This document shows positions 40,158 through 52,938 of a stretch of 64,000 bases of DNA, in pieces (position 1 is the stretch's first letter; every line of letters begins with the position of its first letter). Source of the DNA: Selaginella moellendorffii (lineage: Eukaryota; Plantae; Lycopodiophyta); assembly GCF_000143415.4 (NCBI RefSeq), contig NW_003314270.1, positions 1,230,722 through 1,294,721 on the forward strand, written 5' to 3'. Below the pieces are notes generated by a model. That model saw only the letters and a list, made by a program, of their open reading frames with translations. It was not told the DNA's origin and made no database searches. Made by a program: the position numbers and the translations under genes.

Positions 40158-40435
40158 TGTAATTGATTGTGAGAGGAATAATACTATTGAAATGAATGGG
40201 ATTATGAGCAAGAGGCACCAATTAATTATAAGAGTTGTAGCATTTGCACACAACACAACCTTTCCAAGCTTGACTCTCTCTCACTTGTCACAAAAGAATG
40301 AAACTCTTTTGAAGGGAAGATTGCATGGACATGAGAGGGAAAATAAACTATCAATGTTACAACTCTTATGATTAATCAGTGCCTCTCATTTCAATTCATT
40401 TCAATAGTATTATTCTTTTCATAATCAATTATACA
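40158..40435. mobile_element. MITE-like foldback element
   Basis: ~40-bp imperfect TIRs taattgattgtgagaggaataatactattgaaatgaat / attcatttcaatagtattattcttttcataatcaatta. Confidence 0.75.
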
Positions 40436-40899
40436 ATTAATATGGTGGCTCTTTAAGATTCTCATATCTTTCTAGATTCTAAATGGTTGTGAAAATTTGC
40501 AAGGACACAACTAATTAAAGCTCATAATACAAAAGAATATCTTTGTTTTTTTTTGTCAATTTCTCCCTAAAGTTTTTCTAAGTGCTTAAGGAAGGAGAAG
40601 ATATAAAAGAATTCTACTTGAAGTTCAATCAAGAGCTTTTAATTGTTTTCTCTAAGAGTGTTATAAAAGAAAGCTTTCTTTACAAAAGATTCAAGCTAAA
40701 GCCGAAATCAATTAGTTTAGAGAATATATGTTGTGATAAAGGTAATCAAATAGAAAAATTCATTCTTCTCGACAATGGTGTGGGAAAGAATGGGATTCAA
40801 TGAGATCTTAATAAATGTACAAGTTAGGAGATTTTAATTACAAAATCTTTAGAGGAGAATGCATTAATTTTATAGCCAATTGTGCAAGGTGTGAAGAAT

Positions 40900-43450
40900 G
40901 AAGTTGTTATTTTCTCTAATGATGAAAGTGAAGAAGATGAGCTTTTTGACATAACTTCCTAAACAAGTAGGTGCATTCCTTCTAGATTAGTTTTTGAAGT
41001 GGTGGATAAAGCATTTTGGCAATCAATCATTATGGTTGGAATTGAAGGAGTTTTAATACATAAGAGGTGTACTTAACTCTATTTTGTCACTAGAAACTTT
41101 TTTTTTTTTTGGCAAAATTAAGAACTAAATGCGAGAAGGGTGAGATAGAAAGCTTCAATTTGGATTGGATGTGATTTTGGAGCTAAAGAGAAAATGTCTC
41201 TATGAGTTTATTCATGGAATCTTATTCGTTGGTCAAGTGATTTCGAACAATTAATGCCCTTTCATCTTTAAGATATCCACCCTTGGTCCTGTTTTTAGTG
41301 TGGACCTTGTAAAATGAATGGATATGGATGGAGACGGAGATTTGACTAATTCCTAAATCTCTTTTGACCACATAGAATGAGTTTTAAGCTAGTCAACAAT
41401 GGAAGCCCATGTTTATGATCAGAAGTAAGTGGTTTTTTTATTTATTAAGGATTCCATATTGACCTATGTTATAACCATTCTTTCTATAGGTTGCAATGCA
41501 ACTTGACTATAGCTATAACCAAATTCAAGGTTTAGGATTTCCAAGATCAAATTATTTTTTGGATATATATATCTAAAATTGTTGAACAACCAACTGGGAA
41601 GAAACTCAACTTCTGTGGTTTCATAGCAGATGCTATTAGTGCTAATTAGTTGGATATACGATAAGTATTTGGAGGTGATAAAAGTTACAAGGTAGAGAGA
41701 AGAGTTATGAGTTTCATTGAACAAAGAATATCAACAAACATTGCTAATGTGTCAAGTCTAATGTTTATCACGAGTTTAAACAACTTTGTCAAAAATGGAT
41801 AGATGCACCAATTACAAAGGAGCATGAGGCAAAGGCAAATGAGATGCATATATAGTGGCATGAAAGGAACAAAGTACCAATTGAATGCGTTCCATAAATG
41901 GAATGTTAGCTTGCATGGTGGGAAGTTCAAATGTTTTAGTAGAGCCATTATATTCTCCATATAAGTTTTCTCTCATTTTCTTTTCTTGTCATATTCAAAT
42001 GTTGTATTTCCTAAGATCAACTACTTGATGACATTGCACTTACACCAACAATTAATATCTTTGAGAGCAAACATTAGAGTTGGAGAGCTTCTGAAGTAGG
42101 GAAAGGAAAAATATCCCTATATAAAGTTATGCTCTCCAACCTAATTTTTGGGTATGGGCATCAACAAGAATGTGAGAGATACATTGAATACAGGTAGGTA
42201 GTGTTAAAGAATTGCTATAGCAAAAGAAAAGTTTGTCATAACTAGAGCAAATCAATGTCAAGAAAGTTAAGATGTGATCAAGTAGGTAACTTTTCTAATA
42301 GTACATGGAATGATCTATGAAGTGTGTAATGGGTAGCATTGGTGGTGAGATGAATAGTCTATCTCTTGAATTCAAGGCAAATAGGTTCTTCAACCATGGC
42401 AACAACAACATTGATTATCATATTATACGAGGGTATTGGTGCCTCTTGTGAGTGCCACTATCAGCCCACAGGCAAATGTATAAAGTGAATAAAGTGTAGA
42501 GGAATCTTGTCTTTAGTGCCAAGTTTTATGACAATTGTTCTATACAAAAATTGATTGAAGGTATACTAGTGGTAATATTGTTTCTCAATCATGGGAAAGA
42601 AGTCTTGATCATTCAATCCCAGAAGTGCTAAGAAAAAATGGATGATTATAGTACACAAGAGGATTTCTATGTCAAGCTCTTAGCAACAAATCCTATTTTA
42701 ATTTACACATGAATTGATGGAGTTCTTTGGCATTAATGCTATATCTTCGAAAGTTGTGTGCATATGTGGCTATGGATGGCCAATGGGTGGTGCTTATATA
42801 GGGATGCATCCGATAGCCAAGATATACAATCTAGTGGATGACCTCTACTATTGTTGATATTATCCTACATTTGTCATCAATGACAATAAAATGGTTATGA
42901 AAGATGGTGATTGCTTCTTCAGATCAACACTTGTTTTATCAGCTCAAGATTTGTCTTGGAAAGAGATGAATATAATTTTATTGCAACTACTTTGTACACT
43001 ATAAACAATTCTACAACCCCAACATGTATGGACTGTTGAGGCAATAACATGTGGACATTGGCTCAATGTGGTGAACACTTCTCTAGCAGATAAATACAAG
43101 CTAATGCTTTGCTGAACAAACTGCCAAAAGAACATCTGGGTAATCTCAAGAAATTGCAAAGCTATGTTAGTGATTCAAGATGATAGTACTGACACCAAAG
43201 TGATAGATGTTTACAATCTTGATTTGCCATTGGTGAATACCATTGAATACCAATGTTCATCTCCTTCGAGGTTAATATAATTACAGATTATATATTAAAA
43301 AATCATGGTACAAAAAGGTTCAACTTCTTCTTACAATCAGGTATGCTTTGCCATACCTTCACTTTCAAAACTTATAACATACCACCTATTAAATTTTATG
43401 CTTATATATATATATATATATGTTTCTTAACTTTTCAAATATAAAGAAAC
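40900..43450 (+). pseudogene. Decayed transposase-like gene (Mutator-like C-terminal signature; family uncertain)
   Basis: Broken frames give QKWIDAPITKEHEAKANEMHI*WHE..MEC*LAWWEVQ (~41790-41935), LLDDIAL, GKGKYP and Cys/His-rich pieces. Intron-like junctions. No intact DDE triad visible. Confidence 0.4.
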
Positions 43451-44954
43451 AATGAAAGCGCCAAATATGGAACTTTTCAAAAGTACTAAACAACTGAAAT
43501 GTACATGACACTCCCAGCTTCACTTATGAGATTTCTCTTTTTTCATATTATCAAAAAAATTATATACAAATTTATAAGACTATTAATACAATGATTGAAC
43601 ACATTGAGTTTTCAATTGGCTCAGATATAGTCTAAGATTTATGTAATATCATAAATATTCTAACATTTTTTTCTTACATTGCAATAATACATGACAAAAA
43701 TAATAAGGTATAAATATCATTGAGACAAAATTAGAACAAGAACCATCTAAAGAAATGCCATTCATCGTCTAACTTTAATTATATTAAATCTATCTATATA
43801 CCATTTATGAATTTTCTAGTATATTTATTTTTTAGAAAAAAAAAATTATATATCATCAATACCCCAGTATAGAGTAAAACCTTACCATTCTTTTAGCATT
43901 ATAAAATTTCAGCCTTTATAATATTGTAATAAAGACTTAATTTTAAATAAAAATATATAGAGAGATAAGAACCTATTTGACATTAGCATTCTCTCTATAT
44001 AAAAACACATACAAAAATAATGCTAATGATATATAATAGAATACTTCTAATTTTAAATATTACTCTCAAAATGTAAGAATATAAGTATTAGAAAAAAGGG
44101 AATATCAAAGATAAATATGTAAAATTTTAAAAGTGTTTTAAAAAATATAACACATTAAGGTAATTTCTTTCACTCAGTATCATACAATTCCATAACTTTT
44201 AGTTTAAAGAGATGAAAAACAAAACTCTATAAAAATGGTTATATTTTTTAAATTTACAAGATGTATATAGTTTAAGTGAGTTTTAAATATTTATTTTTAA
44301 AATCATTATATTTTAGTGTATTTAAGAAACACATTTTTTATTAAGATGAAAAATTGTAGATCAATTATATAGAGACTTCAAATAAAACAAATTAGTTACC
44401 AAGTCTCAATATCTAAATAACTCATTTGGCCATGGGATCCCACAGTGAGCAATTTCATTTATAGAAGATCACTCAGCACTTAGAGTTTGAAATGTTATAT
44501 TATGTTATGTGTTAAATTTATTATATTATTTATTATGTTATATTTGTAAAAGGGATTTTTAATATAAATAATATATTATGGTATGTTAACTATGTATGTT
44601 ATAATTATTATTATGTTAAAAATTACAATTATGATTTCAAATTTTTGAAATTACTAAAATATCAAGAATAAACAAGAAGCGTAGCTGGGAGTTTTGCTAG
44701 TATTTGTTAATGTATTAAGAATATTCGCTGGACTCTTAAATCAATATTCTTTAAACGGCGACAGCTGTTTTAACAGAATCTTCTTTAGTCCTGTCATTTA
44801 GGGTACATCATTTCTGGAGTGAAACACGGGGTTGGGGTCGCTCTGTGGAGCTCTGGCCGGGAAGGCCCGAGGCCGCTGCACTCGCACATCTCCTCAAGGT
44901 ACGCTGGTTTCTTACTAGTGAAATTTAGACATGATAGCCGGGACAACGATGACA

Positions 44955-46810
44955 ACACTCGTCTTAAGATTCGAGAGAGAACGGTATGTGCTCTAGGGAA
45001 TAAACGAGTGGAGTGAAAATTGCGTGCCAAGACAAGGATGAAACAACGCTCGCTTTGGCAAGGGTCTTAAGATTCAGTGTGATTCAGAACTAAACGAGAT
45101 TTTCGCACTGCTCACAACAGAGCAACTCTCACAACTCAAACAACGCTGTCAGGCCCGAGCCGCTGCACTGCTCGCTCACACATCTCTTCACCCTTGCAAG
45201 TTCAAAATTGGGGGAGCCAATATAACGATGAAACAACGCTCGGTTTCCAGACCTTAAGATTGAAGTCAGTTTGATTAAGAACAGTCTTAAAAGGAGAATT
45301 TCGCACCGTGCTCAACGTAGACAAGAATGATACGAGTTGTGATTGCTGAACAGGCGCAATGGTCACTGGACAACGCAAAACAAATAAAGTGTAGTTCAAC
45401 TTTCTACAAGGTACTGTTCACAACGATAACAAGGATGCAAGCGTCATGAAAACAACGGTCCAAGACGATAGGAAGACGAGGATGAGTACAGGACAGAAAT
45501 GTTTGTCGACCAACGATCCAAGACACTAAAACTCGACGATCACTGGACAACGCTGTTATCATGAAAACAACGGTCCAAGACACAAACTAGACATGAAGGT
45601 GAGAACGAGAAGCTCCATCTTACCAGGTTCGAGTTCTCTTCGGTTTTCCCTAACTTGTTTTCCTTGTGTCGCAACCCCATCAACGAGCAACGTTTGTGCT
45701 GTTCGCAAGATCGAGGACGAGAAGCTTTTACCAGGTTCGTGTTTTCAAAGAAATATGATCAATTGGAAAAAATAATATTTTACATTTTCGCCTTGTCCTC
45801 TTCTTGCTGTTCTCCTCGTTGCTCTTTAGAAATCCAAGTAGAAGTAGCACGTCCCAGAAGCGCCACCCCATCCTCCGCCACCGCCGCCACCATCGCCGCC
45901 ACCGTCGTCCTCACCGCCACCGCCATCGTCAAGCTTGGGGACGAAAGCTTTCTTCGATTGCATTGGAGCCGTCTTGGAGACGACCAGCCGATTGGTTTTG
46001 GATTGTTTGCTGCTGGGCTTCACACGTTGGCCTCATCGCGCTGCAAGTGGTTGTCACTGCTAGAGCCGAGACATCTGACCAACATGAATTATCCGAAGTA
46101 GTAATCGCCGCTCCGACGTCGGGAGCTCGGATTTGCTGCGCGAGAAATGGGGATGCGAGCACGGCCGACATAGCTGCTGGCCCGCCCAATCGAGAAACGA
46201 GTGCCACAAATGTAGTGGAGCCGCTGGAAGAAATCATCGCCTCGCCGCGCGCCAAAGCGATTCCTTCCTCTCCTCTGCCTTCTTCGCTCACCAGGTTCGT
46301 GTTTTCTCCAGTTGTCTCTTAACTCTTTTTTCTTTTTTTACGAGGTTTTGCATAGCGGAGAATGCTCTCAGTGTTGTGGCGACCAAGATGGATTTCGGAG
46401 GATAGAAGAGAAAGCTCTGTAATGATTTTTTCTACACACTGGTTTATCGCAAAGATCTAGAAGGTAGAGCTAAAGTTGGCCCAAAGTTGTAGGAGTTTAT
46501 GCCCACTGGCTCAAAATTATGCTCTTGTACGGAATAGCATACATGAGGGGGAGAGCGTCAGCGCGAAGGCGCCCATGTCCCTAGAGCGCGGCGAGCCCCA
46601 AGGTAAGCTTTTTTCTTCCTTGTAGCGCTCACCTAGGAGAGATGCTGTAGCTGCGCTAAGAAATTCCCGAGGTTTGTAAATCGTCGTCTCGCAGGCTCGA
46701 GACTTTTGGACCTAATGTGGGGAGCATTCGAGCGCTGTGTGCATTGCCACATTCGGCTATCAGGCAAGTAAGTAGCCCAATTTCTAGCTTGGAACACGAA
46801 ACGTTGGATG
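44955..46810. repeat. Non-coding segment upstream of the SAM gene, duplicated in rearranged form at 15.7-17.4 kb
   Basis: Shared blocks such as gaataaacgagtggagtgaaaattgcg, gcaagttcaaaattggg and cacactggtttatcgcaaagatcta. Confidence 0.9.
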
Positions 46811-47536
46811 GATTTTTTCCTTCTTCGTTTCTAGCTTTGTGCTAGAGAGGCTTAGATGTTTAATCTTGTGTGTGCGTTTTGTTTTTTCAGGAGAACCGAA
46901 GAATACTTTCAGTAGAAGGATAATAGTTTGGGCCTAGTCTGGAATTCCTGGCGCTTGTAGGTAAGGAGGCAAATTGCTAGCTTAGAATGCTGGCTGGATT
47001 TTTCCAAGAATCCTGCAGATCGATTTTTGTTTTTCTTCCACTTCTCTAAGATTAGTTTTTCTTCCTTTCCAGGGATTTTCTATTCAGGAAAATTAATTCC
47101 AGTAGGAGGATAATACTCCCGAAAGAACTCCTCGCTCACCAGGTAAACAAGCAATATCTGGCTTAGAAATCAGGCTAGTTTTTTTGGAAGAGCCTTGCCG
47201 TTTTTCTTCTTTCACTTCTTTGATTTTGTACAAGAGAGATCTCGGGAGAGGAACTGAATGGTTTGTTTCACCATATTTTTTTTCAGGTGGAATCAGGTGC
47301 TAGAAGATTATGATATTCTGGACCATATAAGTGCTCAAGGCCTAGGTAAGAACTATAGATTTTAAGGCTATGGGAGTATTTTTCCTTTTCCTTATTTTCT
47401 AGGCAGAAGGGAGAAGAGTTCTACATGCTGCCACAAAGGTACCGAATTTTTCTTTATGTTTTTTTTTCTCGTGGGTCAAACTTTTTTTTGAGCAGGATAA
47501 GAGGGTGTAAGAACGAGCTGCATAGGTGACAGAAGA
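46560..47536 (+). promoter_or_regulatory. Predicted multi-exon 5' leader of the SAM-domain gene with uORFs
   Basis: Pyrimidine-tract/AG acceptors and GT donors define exons 46891-46960, 47073-47142, 47287-47345 and 47403-47438, plus a final acceptor at 47495. No long ORF. Confidence 0.65.
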
Positions 47537-48667
47537 ATGGGAAGCGTGGAACAGCCATTGGAGTTAGCTCCCAGACCAATCCAGCACGTCTACTCTAAGA
47601 GGCAGAAGAAAAAGCCCACGGACGACACCGATCCAGCAAAGAAGAAGGAGCCCGATAACTCGCTCGCAAGCCAGGAAAATGGAGCTCCGGTGAAGCCGGA
47701 TGTAAGCAGCGGCGGTGGAACGAGTGACAAAGCTGGAGAAAAGTCACAGGAAGAAAAGGAGAGAATCCGCGAGCCGATGGATCAGGAGAAGCTCCAAAAT
47801 CAGCACAAGAGCGATGGAGAGAGCGAGGAGCACAGGAACTCGAAGATGAGCCGGCTTCTAGAAGTGGCTACGAGCGAGTTCCACAGCGAGGAGCTGCTCA
47901 GGGAGGGTGGCGAAGCTACCGCCAACGGCGGGCTCAAGGGATACCAGCGGCGGCGCAAGCGTCAGATCGTCCAAGATGGTGTCACTCCGGCGGAGAGCTC
48001 GCCGAGGAAAACGCTCGACCGGAAAAGATCGCGGGATAACTCGGACCTGGTGTCGAGCGATCGTGTCTCGAATGGAGCAGCTAGAGATGGGGATAGCGAT
48101 GGAGTCAAAGAGATCGAAGCCGAGGGTGGCGAAGAAGAAGACGAGTATAATGGCGAAGAGGAAGAAGAGGAGGACGATGACGAGGAAGGGGATGAGGAGG
48201 AAGAAGAGAAGCGAGCTCCGAAACGCCGAGGACGAGCTCGAAAGGCGCCGTCTCCAAAGAGGGAGACGATCAAACCACCAAAGCGGCGTCCTGGAAGGCC
48301 GAGGAAGGTGAGGCCGCCGCCATCGCCAGACAACACCACCGCCACCACCACCACCAGGAACCAGAAGATCAATGCGAGCAGCAAAGAGGCTCTCCCGCAG
48401 AGCTCCGAGGATGGCCAGGACGAGAACTTGAGCGATGGCGAGCGCCTCAAGCGCGCTCGCGGCTTCAAGCGCGTCTACCGCTGGCTCCACGATCTGGAGC
48501 TCCTCAAGTACGCCGAGTGCTTCGAGAAGCACGAGGTGGAGGACGATGTTCTTCCGCTGCTAACCTTCGATGATCTTCGCGAGATGGGGGTGAGCGCCGT
48601 GGGCGCGCGCAGGAAGATGTTTACGTCGATCCAGGACATGGAGCTTCCCCGGAGGAAGTCGCGCTAG
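47537..48667 (+). CDS. Sterile alpha motif (SAM) protein with AT-hook and acidic tract
   Basis: 376-aa single-exon ORF. KRRPGRPRK AT-hook, D/E tract, C-terminal VYRWLHDLELLKYAECFEKHEVEDDVLPLLTFDDLREMGVSAVGARRKM. Confidence 0.9.
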   Translation: MGSVEQPLELAPRPIQHVYSKRQKKKPTDDTDPAKKKEPDNSLASQENGAPVKPDVSSGGGTSDKAGEKSQEEKERIREPMDQEKLQNQHKSDGESEEHRNSKMSRLLEVATSEFHSEELLREGGEATANGGLKGYQRRRKRQIVQDGVTPAESSPRKTLDRKRSRDNSDLVSSDRVSNGAARDGDSDGVKEIEAEGGEEEDEYNGEEEEEEDDDEEGDEEEEEKRAPKRRGRARKAPSPKRETIKPPKRRPGRPRKVRPPPSPDNTTATTTTRNQKINASSKEALPQSSEDGQDENLSDGERLKRARGFKRVYRWLHDLELLKYAECFEKHEVEDDVLPLLTFDDLREMGVSAVGARRKMFTSIQDMELPRRKSR

Positions 48668-48989
48668 AGGAAGACGAAGAAGATTACCATAACCAGCTCT
48701 TTAACTAAACTAAAAGAACTTGACGTTGCCGGGGATCGAACCCGTGACTTCTTCTTTTTGGGGGGTTGGGAATCGAACGGGGGATCGATCTTTTGGGCCT
48801 TATAGGTAAGGAGTTTCATTTTTTTGCGTGACGATTTTTCTAGGTCGGTTTTTTAGAGCGTCCAAGCGACGGCGACGGAGATCGTGGTTTCTCCCCGCGC
48901 GAGCAATCGCGAGATCTTGACGCCGCCGTGATCGCCAGCGCGCAGGTATGCATCGCAGCGGCGGGAATTCGTGAAATCCGGGCGCCGCG

Positions 48990-50132
48990 ATGGGGTGTGA
49001 TTACTACGATGTGCTCAAGGTGGGCAAGAGCGCGTCCGAGGACGATCTCAAGAAGGCCTACCGGAAGCTGGCGATGAAATGGCACCCCGACAAGAATCCC
49101 AAGAACAAGAAGGAGGCCGAGGCGAAATTCAAGCAGATTTCCGAGGCCTATGAGGTGAGCGCCAGAGATTTCTCACAGATTTCTAGCCTAGGGTATGGAA
49201 ATCTTTGATTCCTCCTCTCCTTTGTAGGTGCTGAGCGATTCCCAGAAGCGCGCAATCTATGATCAGTATGGCGAGGAGGGGCTCAAGGGACAGGTGCCTC
49301 CTCCCGGCGCTGGCGGCGGCGGCGGCGCCACCGGATTCTCCAACGGGACCGAGCACGTCTTTCGATTCAATCCCAGGAACGCCGAGGACATCTTCGCCGA
49401 GTTTTTCGGGAACTCCAGCCCGTTTGCCGGGATGGGGATGGGGAGGTCGGGGCGCTCGGGCTTTGCCGACTCCATGTTTGGCGAGAGCATCTTCCGATCG
49501 TTTGGCGATGGTGGGGGACCCTCTTCGGGTCCTAGGAAGGCCGCCGCGGTAGAGAACAAGCTTACGTGCTCTCTCGACGAGCTCTACAATGGATCCACGC
49601 GGAAGATGAAGATATCAAGGAACATTGCCGACGCTTCCGGGTAAAGAGCTCTTGAAAACTTCTCTCTTTTTTCCTACGACTCATTCGCTTGCTCAGTAAG
49701 ACGGTGCCCATCGAGGAGATCCTCACGATCGACGTCAAGCCCGGGTGGAAGAAGGGGACCAAGATCACTTTCCCTGAGAAAGGCAACGAGCAGCCAAACG
49801 TTGTCCCGGCGGACCTTGTGTTCGTGATCGATGAGCGTCCGCACGAGGTTTTCAAGCGAGATGGCAACGATCTGATAATGGTCCACAAGGTGCCGCTGGC
49901 CGACGCTCTCACCGGCACGACGGTGTCCATCCGGACTCTAGACGGCAGGATGCTCAACATTCCAGTAGCGGACATAGTTTACCCGGGATACGAGAAGGTA
50001 GTTCGTGGCGAGGGGATGCCGATTGCGAAGGAGCCGGGCAGGAAGGGGAATCTCAGAGTAAAGTTCGACATCAAGTTTCCGAGCAAGTTGAATCAAGAGC
50101 AGAAGACTCACTTGCGGAAGGCGCTGGGATGA
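48990..50132 (+). CDS. Type II (DNAJB-like) J-domain co-chaperone, 3 exons
   Basis: [17 protein letters not shown]-rich region, [21 protein letters not shown]. Confidence 0.96.
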
Positions 50133-50613
50133 TAGTGGTTTTGGATTCTAGTTTTCCAGGGGTGGCAGCAGTACGGGGATGGCTTTTAGTAGGGCTGGGC
50201 GGTGGCGGCGAGATGCTCGTAGAGCTGGCAAGCAGCGCAGGGATGGAAGTTTTGGTCGGGGTTTATATTTGTTTTTTGGTTTGGGGGGATTCCTGGACTG
50301 GTCTGGGCAGTGGGCTTTCTGGCTGGACATCGCAGTCCGGAAAGCAACGTTGGCTGGCTAGTGCTGAAAGGTGGCGCAGTGGGATTATTTTTCGCGAAGG
50401 AGTTTCAGTACTCTGGGTGGCAGGAAGGCCTATGTTTGTACAGGCACCGGGGGGAAAAGCAGGTAAGAACTCGACTACTCTGGAAGGCAAAAGGATAGAA
50501 AGCAGGGAAGAACTTGACGACAAAAGTGTAGTATATTCACAGTTCAAGCCACGAAGAAAGATCACCAGAAGTTGAAAGCTTCCAACGAAGAAAAGAAGAA
50601 ACGCAGGACGAGA

Positions 50614-51206
50614 TCACCAGAAATTGAAAACTTTTCCCTGGAAGGCAAGGATCTGGGAGGAAAAGAAGGCACCCAGCAGGACGCCGAGGGCGACGAGCAC
50701 AGCGATGAAGTTGCCTTCTCGGACGATGCTCTTGAGGGTGCCGAAGACGATCTCCCTGGCGAGCTGGTTGCCGTCTTGGATGAGGAGCTGCCGCCTGGCC
50801 AGGCCTCTGCTGCAAGCGTAGTCGAAGAGGAGCGCGGTGGTCCAGGTGAGGATCATCGCCGGGATGAGGAGGATGAAGAGCGCGAAGATTGTGAGGAGGC
50901 CGATCTCGACCCCCAGGAAGCACGAGAGCTGGAGTGGCGACCAGTCCCGGGAGGTCCGAGCGAAGGGCTGGAGCTCCAGGACGATGTGGAACTTGAGGAT
51001 GAGCAAGGCTGCCCAGAGGAGAGCTATGGTGATCGCGATGGAGCTGCCAAGCTTTGTGAGCCGGATGTCCGTCGTCCCAGTCGCGTCAGTACTGTAAAAC
51101 CCTTATTGTTCTTCGCGATCAAGTTATTTTTTTCTCACCGGCTTGATCGCAAGTCCAGAAGGATTGGAGGATTTTCTTCCTCTTCACGAGCGCCGGGATC
51201 GTCCAT
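50614..51206 (-). CDS. Uncharacterised plant multi-pass membrane protein
   Basis: MDDPGAREEEE first exon, intron, then hydrophobic helices with LIPAMILTW..RRQLLIQDG..IVREGNFIAVL. The 3' end is uncertain. Confidence 0.6.
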
Positions 51207-51408
51207 GGGAGAAAATGTGCCGCACGACAGGGCAGAGGAAGAGCCCTAAAATTTGCGTGTGTGTCTTCGTCTACTTGGTTCTCTCGTGTCGCTCATTCGC
51301 TAGTTTGCTCGTGGCGCTCGTACAGGATCTCGGCCGTTGGCTTCCAGCCGTTGATTTTGAAAAAGATTCAAGAGATATTCCTTCTTGGATAAACCCTAAA
51401 AACAGAAC

Positions 51409-52418
51409 ATGGCGATGGTGCTCAAGCTCTCTCCCGCGTCGAGTGTCGGTCCGATTGGATCGCGCATCTCGCTGCATTGCTCTTCTTCTTCCTCTCTTCC
51501 CGGCGCGATTTTCTTGCGCAGGAGGAGATCGATTGTTTCTGCCAGCTCGTCGGCGGCGTCTGCGAATTCGTCGCGATCTTCGTCTCCGGCGCCCAGTCTC
51601 AGTGATTTGGTGTGGCCATCGGCAGGTATTGCGATCCTGGGCGGTCGTTCTCGATCGGTGAATTCTTTCTTGCTTGAAATATTTCCATGGATGTTGCGCA
51701 GGCGCGTTTGCGTCCATGGCCGCGATGAGCGTCCTGGACAAGCATCTCCAGCAAAAGGGGCTCTCCTTCCTCATCGCTCCTTTTGGCGCCGTGTGCTGCG
51801 TGCTCTTTGCCACTCCCAATGCTCCGGCAGCTCAAGTAAGCGATCAATCTATTCTTTCTTTCCTCCATCGAATGATCGCTCCTTCCATTTTTCCATTCTC
51901 TGCTGGGCAGTGCCTCTTGGACGCTCCAAGAGCCGGCTCCTTGTCTCTTGGCACATAGATTGGGCTTCTAAATATTTTTGTTTGGGTTTTTCTTCTTCGC
52001 AGAGATATAACGTGTTGATGGCACATATGGGCTGTTCTTTGATCGGCGTGTTGGCTCTAGCGGCATTTGGCCCTGGATGGATGGCCAGAAGCGTTGCTCT
52101 CTCGGCTTCCATCGTGTTTATGGAGATCACGAAGTGTCTCCATCCTCCAGGTGAGTTGATAGCTCTTTTTCATCTTCCATTTTCCTGCCTGGCTACTGTT
52201 AAGCATTGCTTTTGCAGCTGCTGGACTGCCACTGCTCTTCATCGATGGACCCAAGTTCCATCACCTACAGTGGTGGTACATCCTATTCCCGAGCACATTG
52301 GGCTGCCTTTTGCTAATTGTCATGGTAAGCTTATAGTAAGTTTCATTTTGGGTTGATCAGTGTTACGTTTTTGCAGCAAGAAGCTGTCAAGTTTCTCAAA
52401 GACAACGCAAAATTTTAA
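51409..52418 (+). CDS. HPP-family integral membrane protein (plastid nitrite transporter NITR2-like), 5 exons
   Basis: Ser-rich transit peptide, IAPFGAVCCVLFATPNAPAAQ, CLHPP-AAGLPLLFIDGPKFHHL, ends KDNAKF*. Confidence 0.92.
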
Positions 52419-52938
52419 TCCCATTCAGTGGCATCCACAAATAACTGCTCGAATGCAATAGAAGACAACAACAGACTGGAGCGCTTGCTCACAGCCGGGT
52501 GCCAAACCAGTGTTTATACACCAATCTCTTCCGCCCCCACGTCCACCAGATTGGCCGCGCAACCACGCGGGGATGCTTCTCACGCTTTGGCCGCTTGGAT
52601 GCTACAACCATCCACGAAGTCAAAGTTGTGCACGTTAACACCGTCAGTGGCACTCGAGAAAACAGGACGTACGTAAGAAACAAGCAGCTATACAGGACCG
52701 GAAGCAGCTACCTCTCTGAAAGCGTTGGAAGTATCAATTCGTTTGTTCCGCCAAAAGGGAAACAACTTATCAATCGCAGGCCTCTCCGGATGGAAATTAC
52801 AGGCAGGAAAAGTTTCACTCGGGACGCAGCAGTGAAGCACTGTGGGAGTCAGCTAGCGGCATTCACTCTCCCTGGATTTGAGAACGAAGCAGCATACATG
52901 CTCCTCGCCCGGTTCAAAAGGAGTGGAATGGAGGCTAT

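Noticed and set aside
48721-48748. tRNA gene on the minus strand
   Set aside because: Only a T-arm/3' acceptor-like piece (gggttcgatccccggcaacg); no D-arm or anticodon arm.
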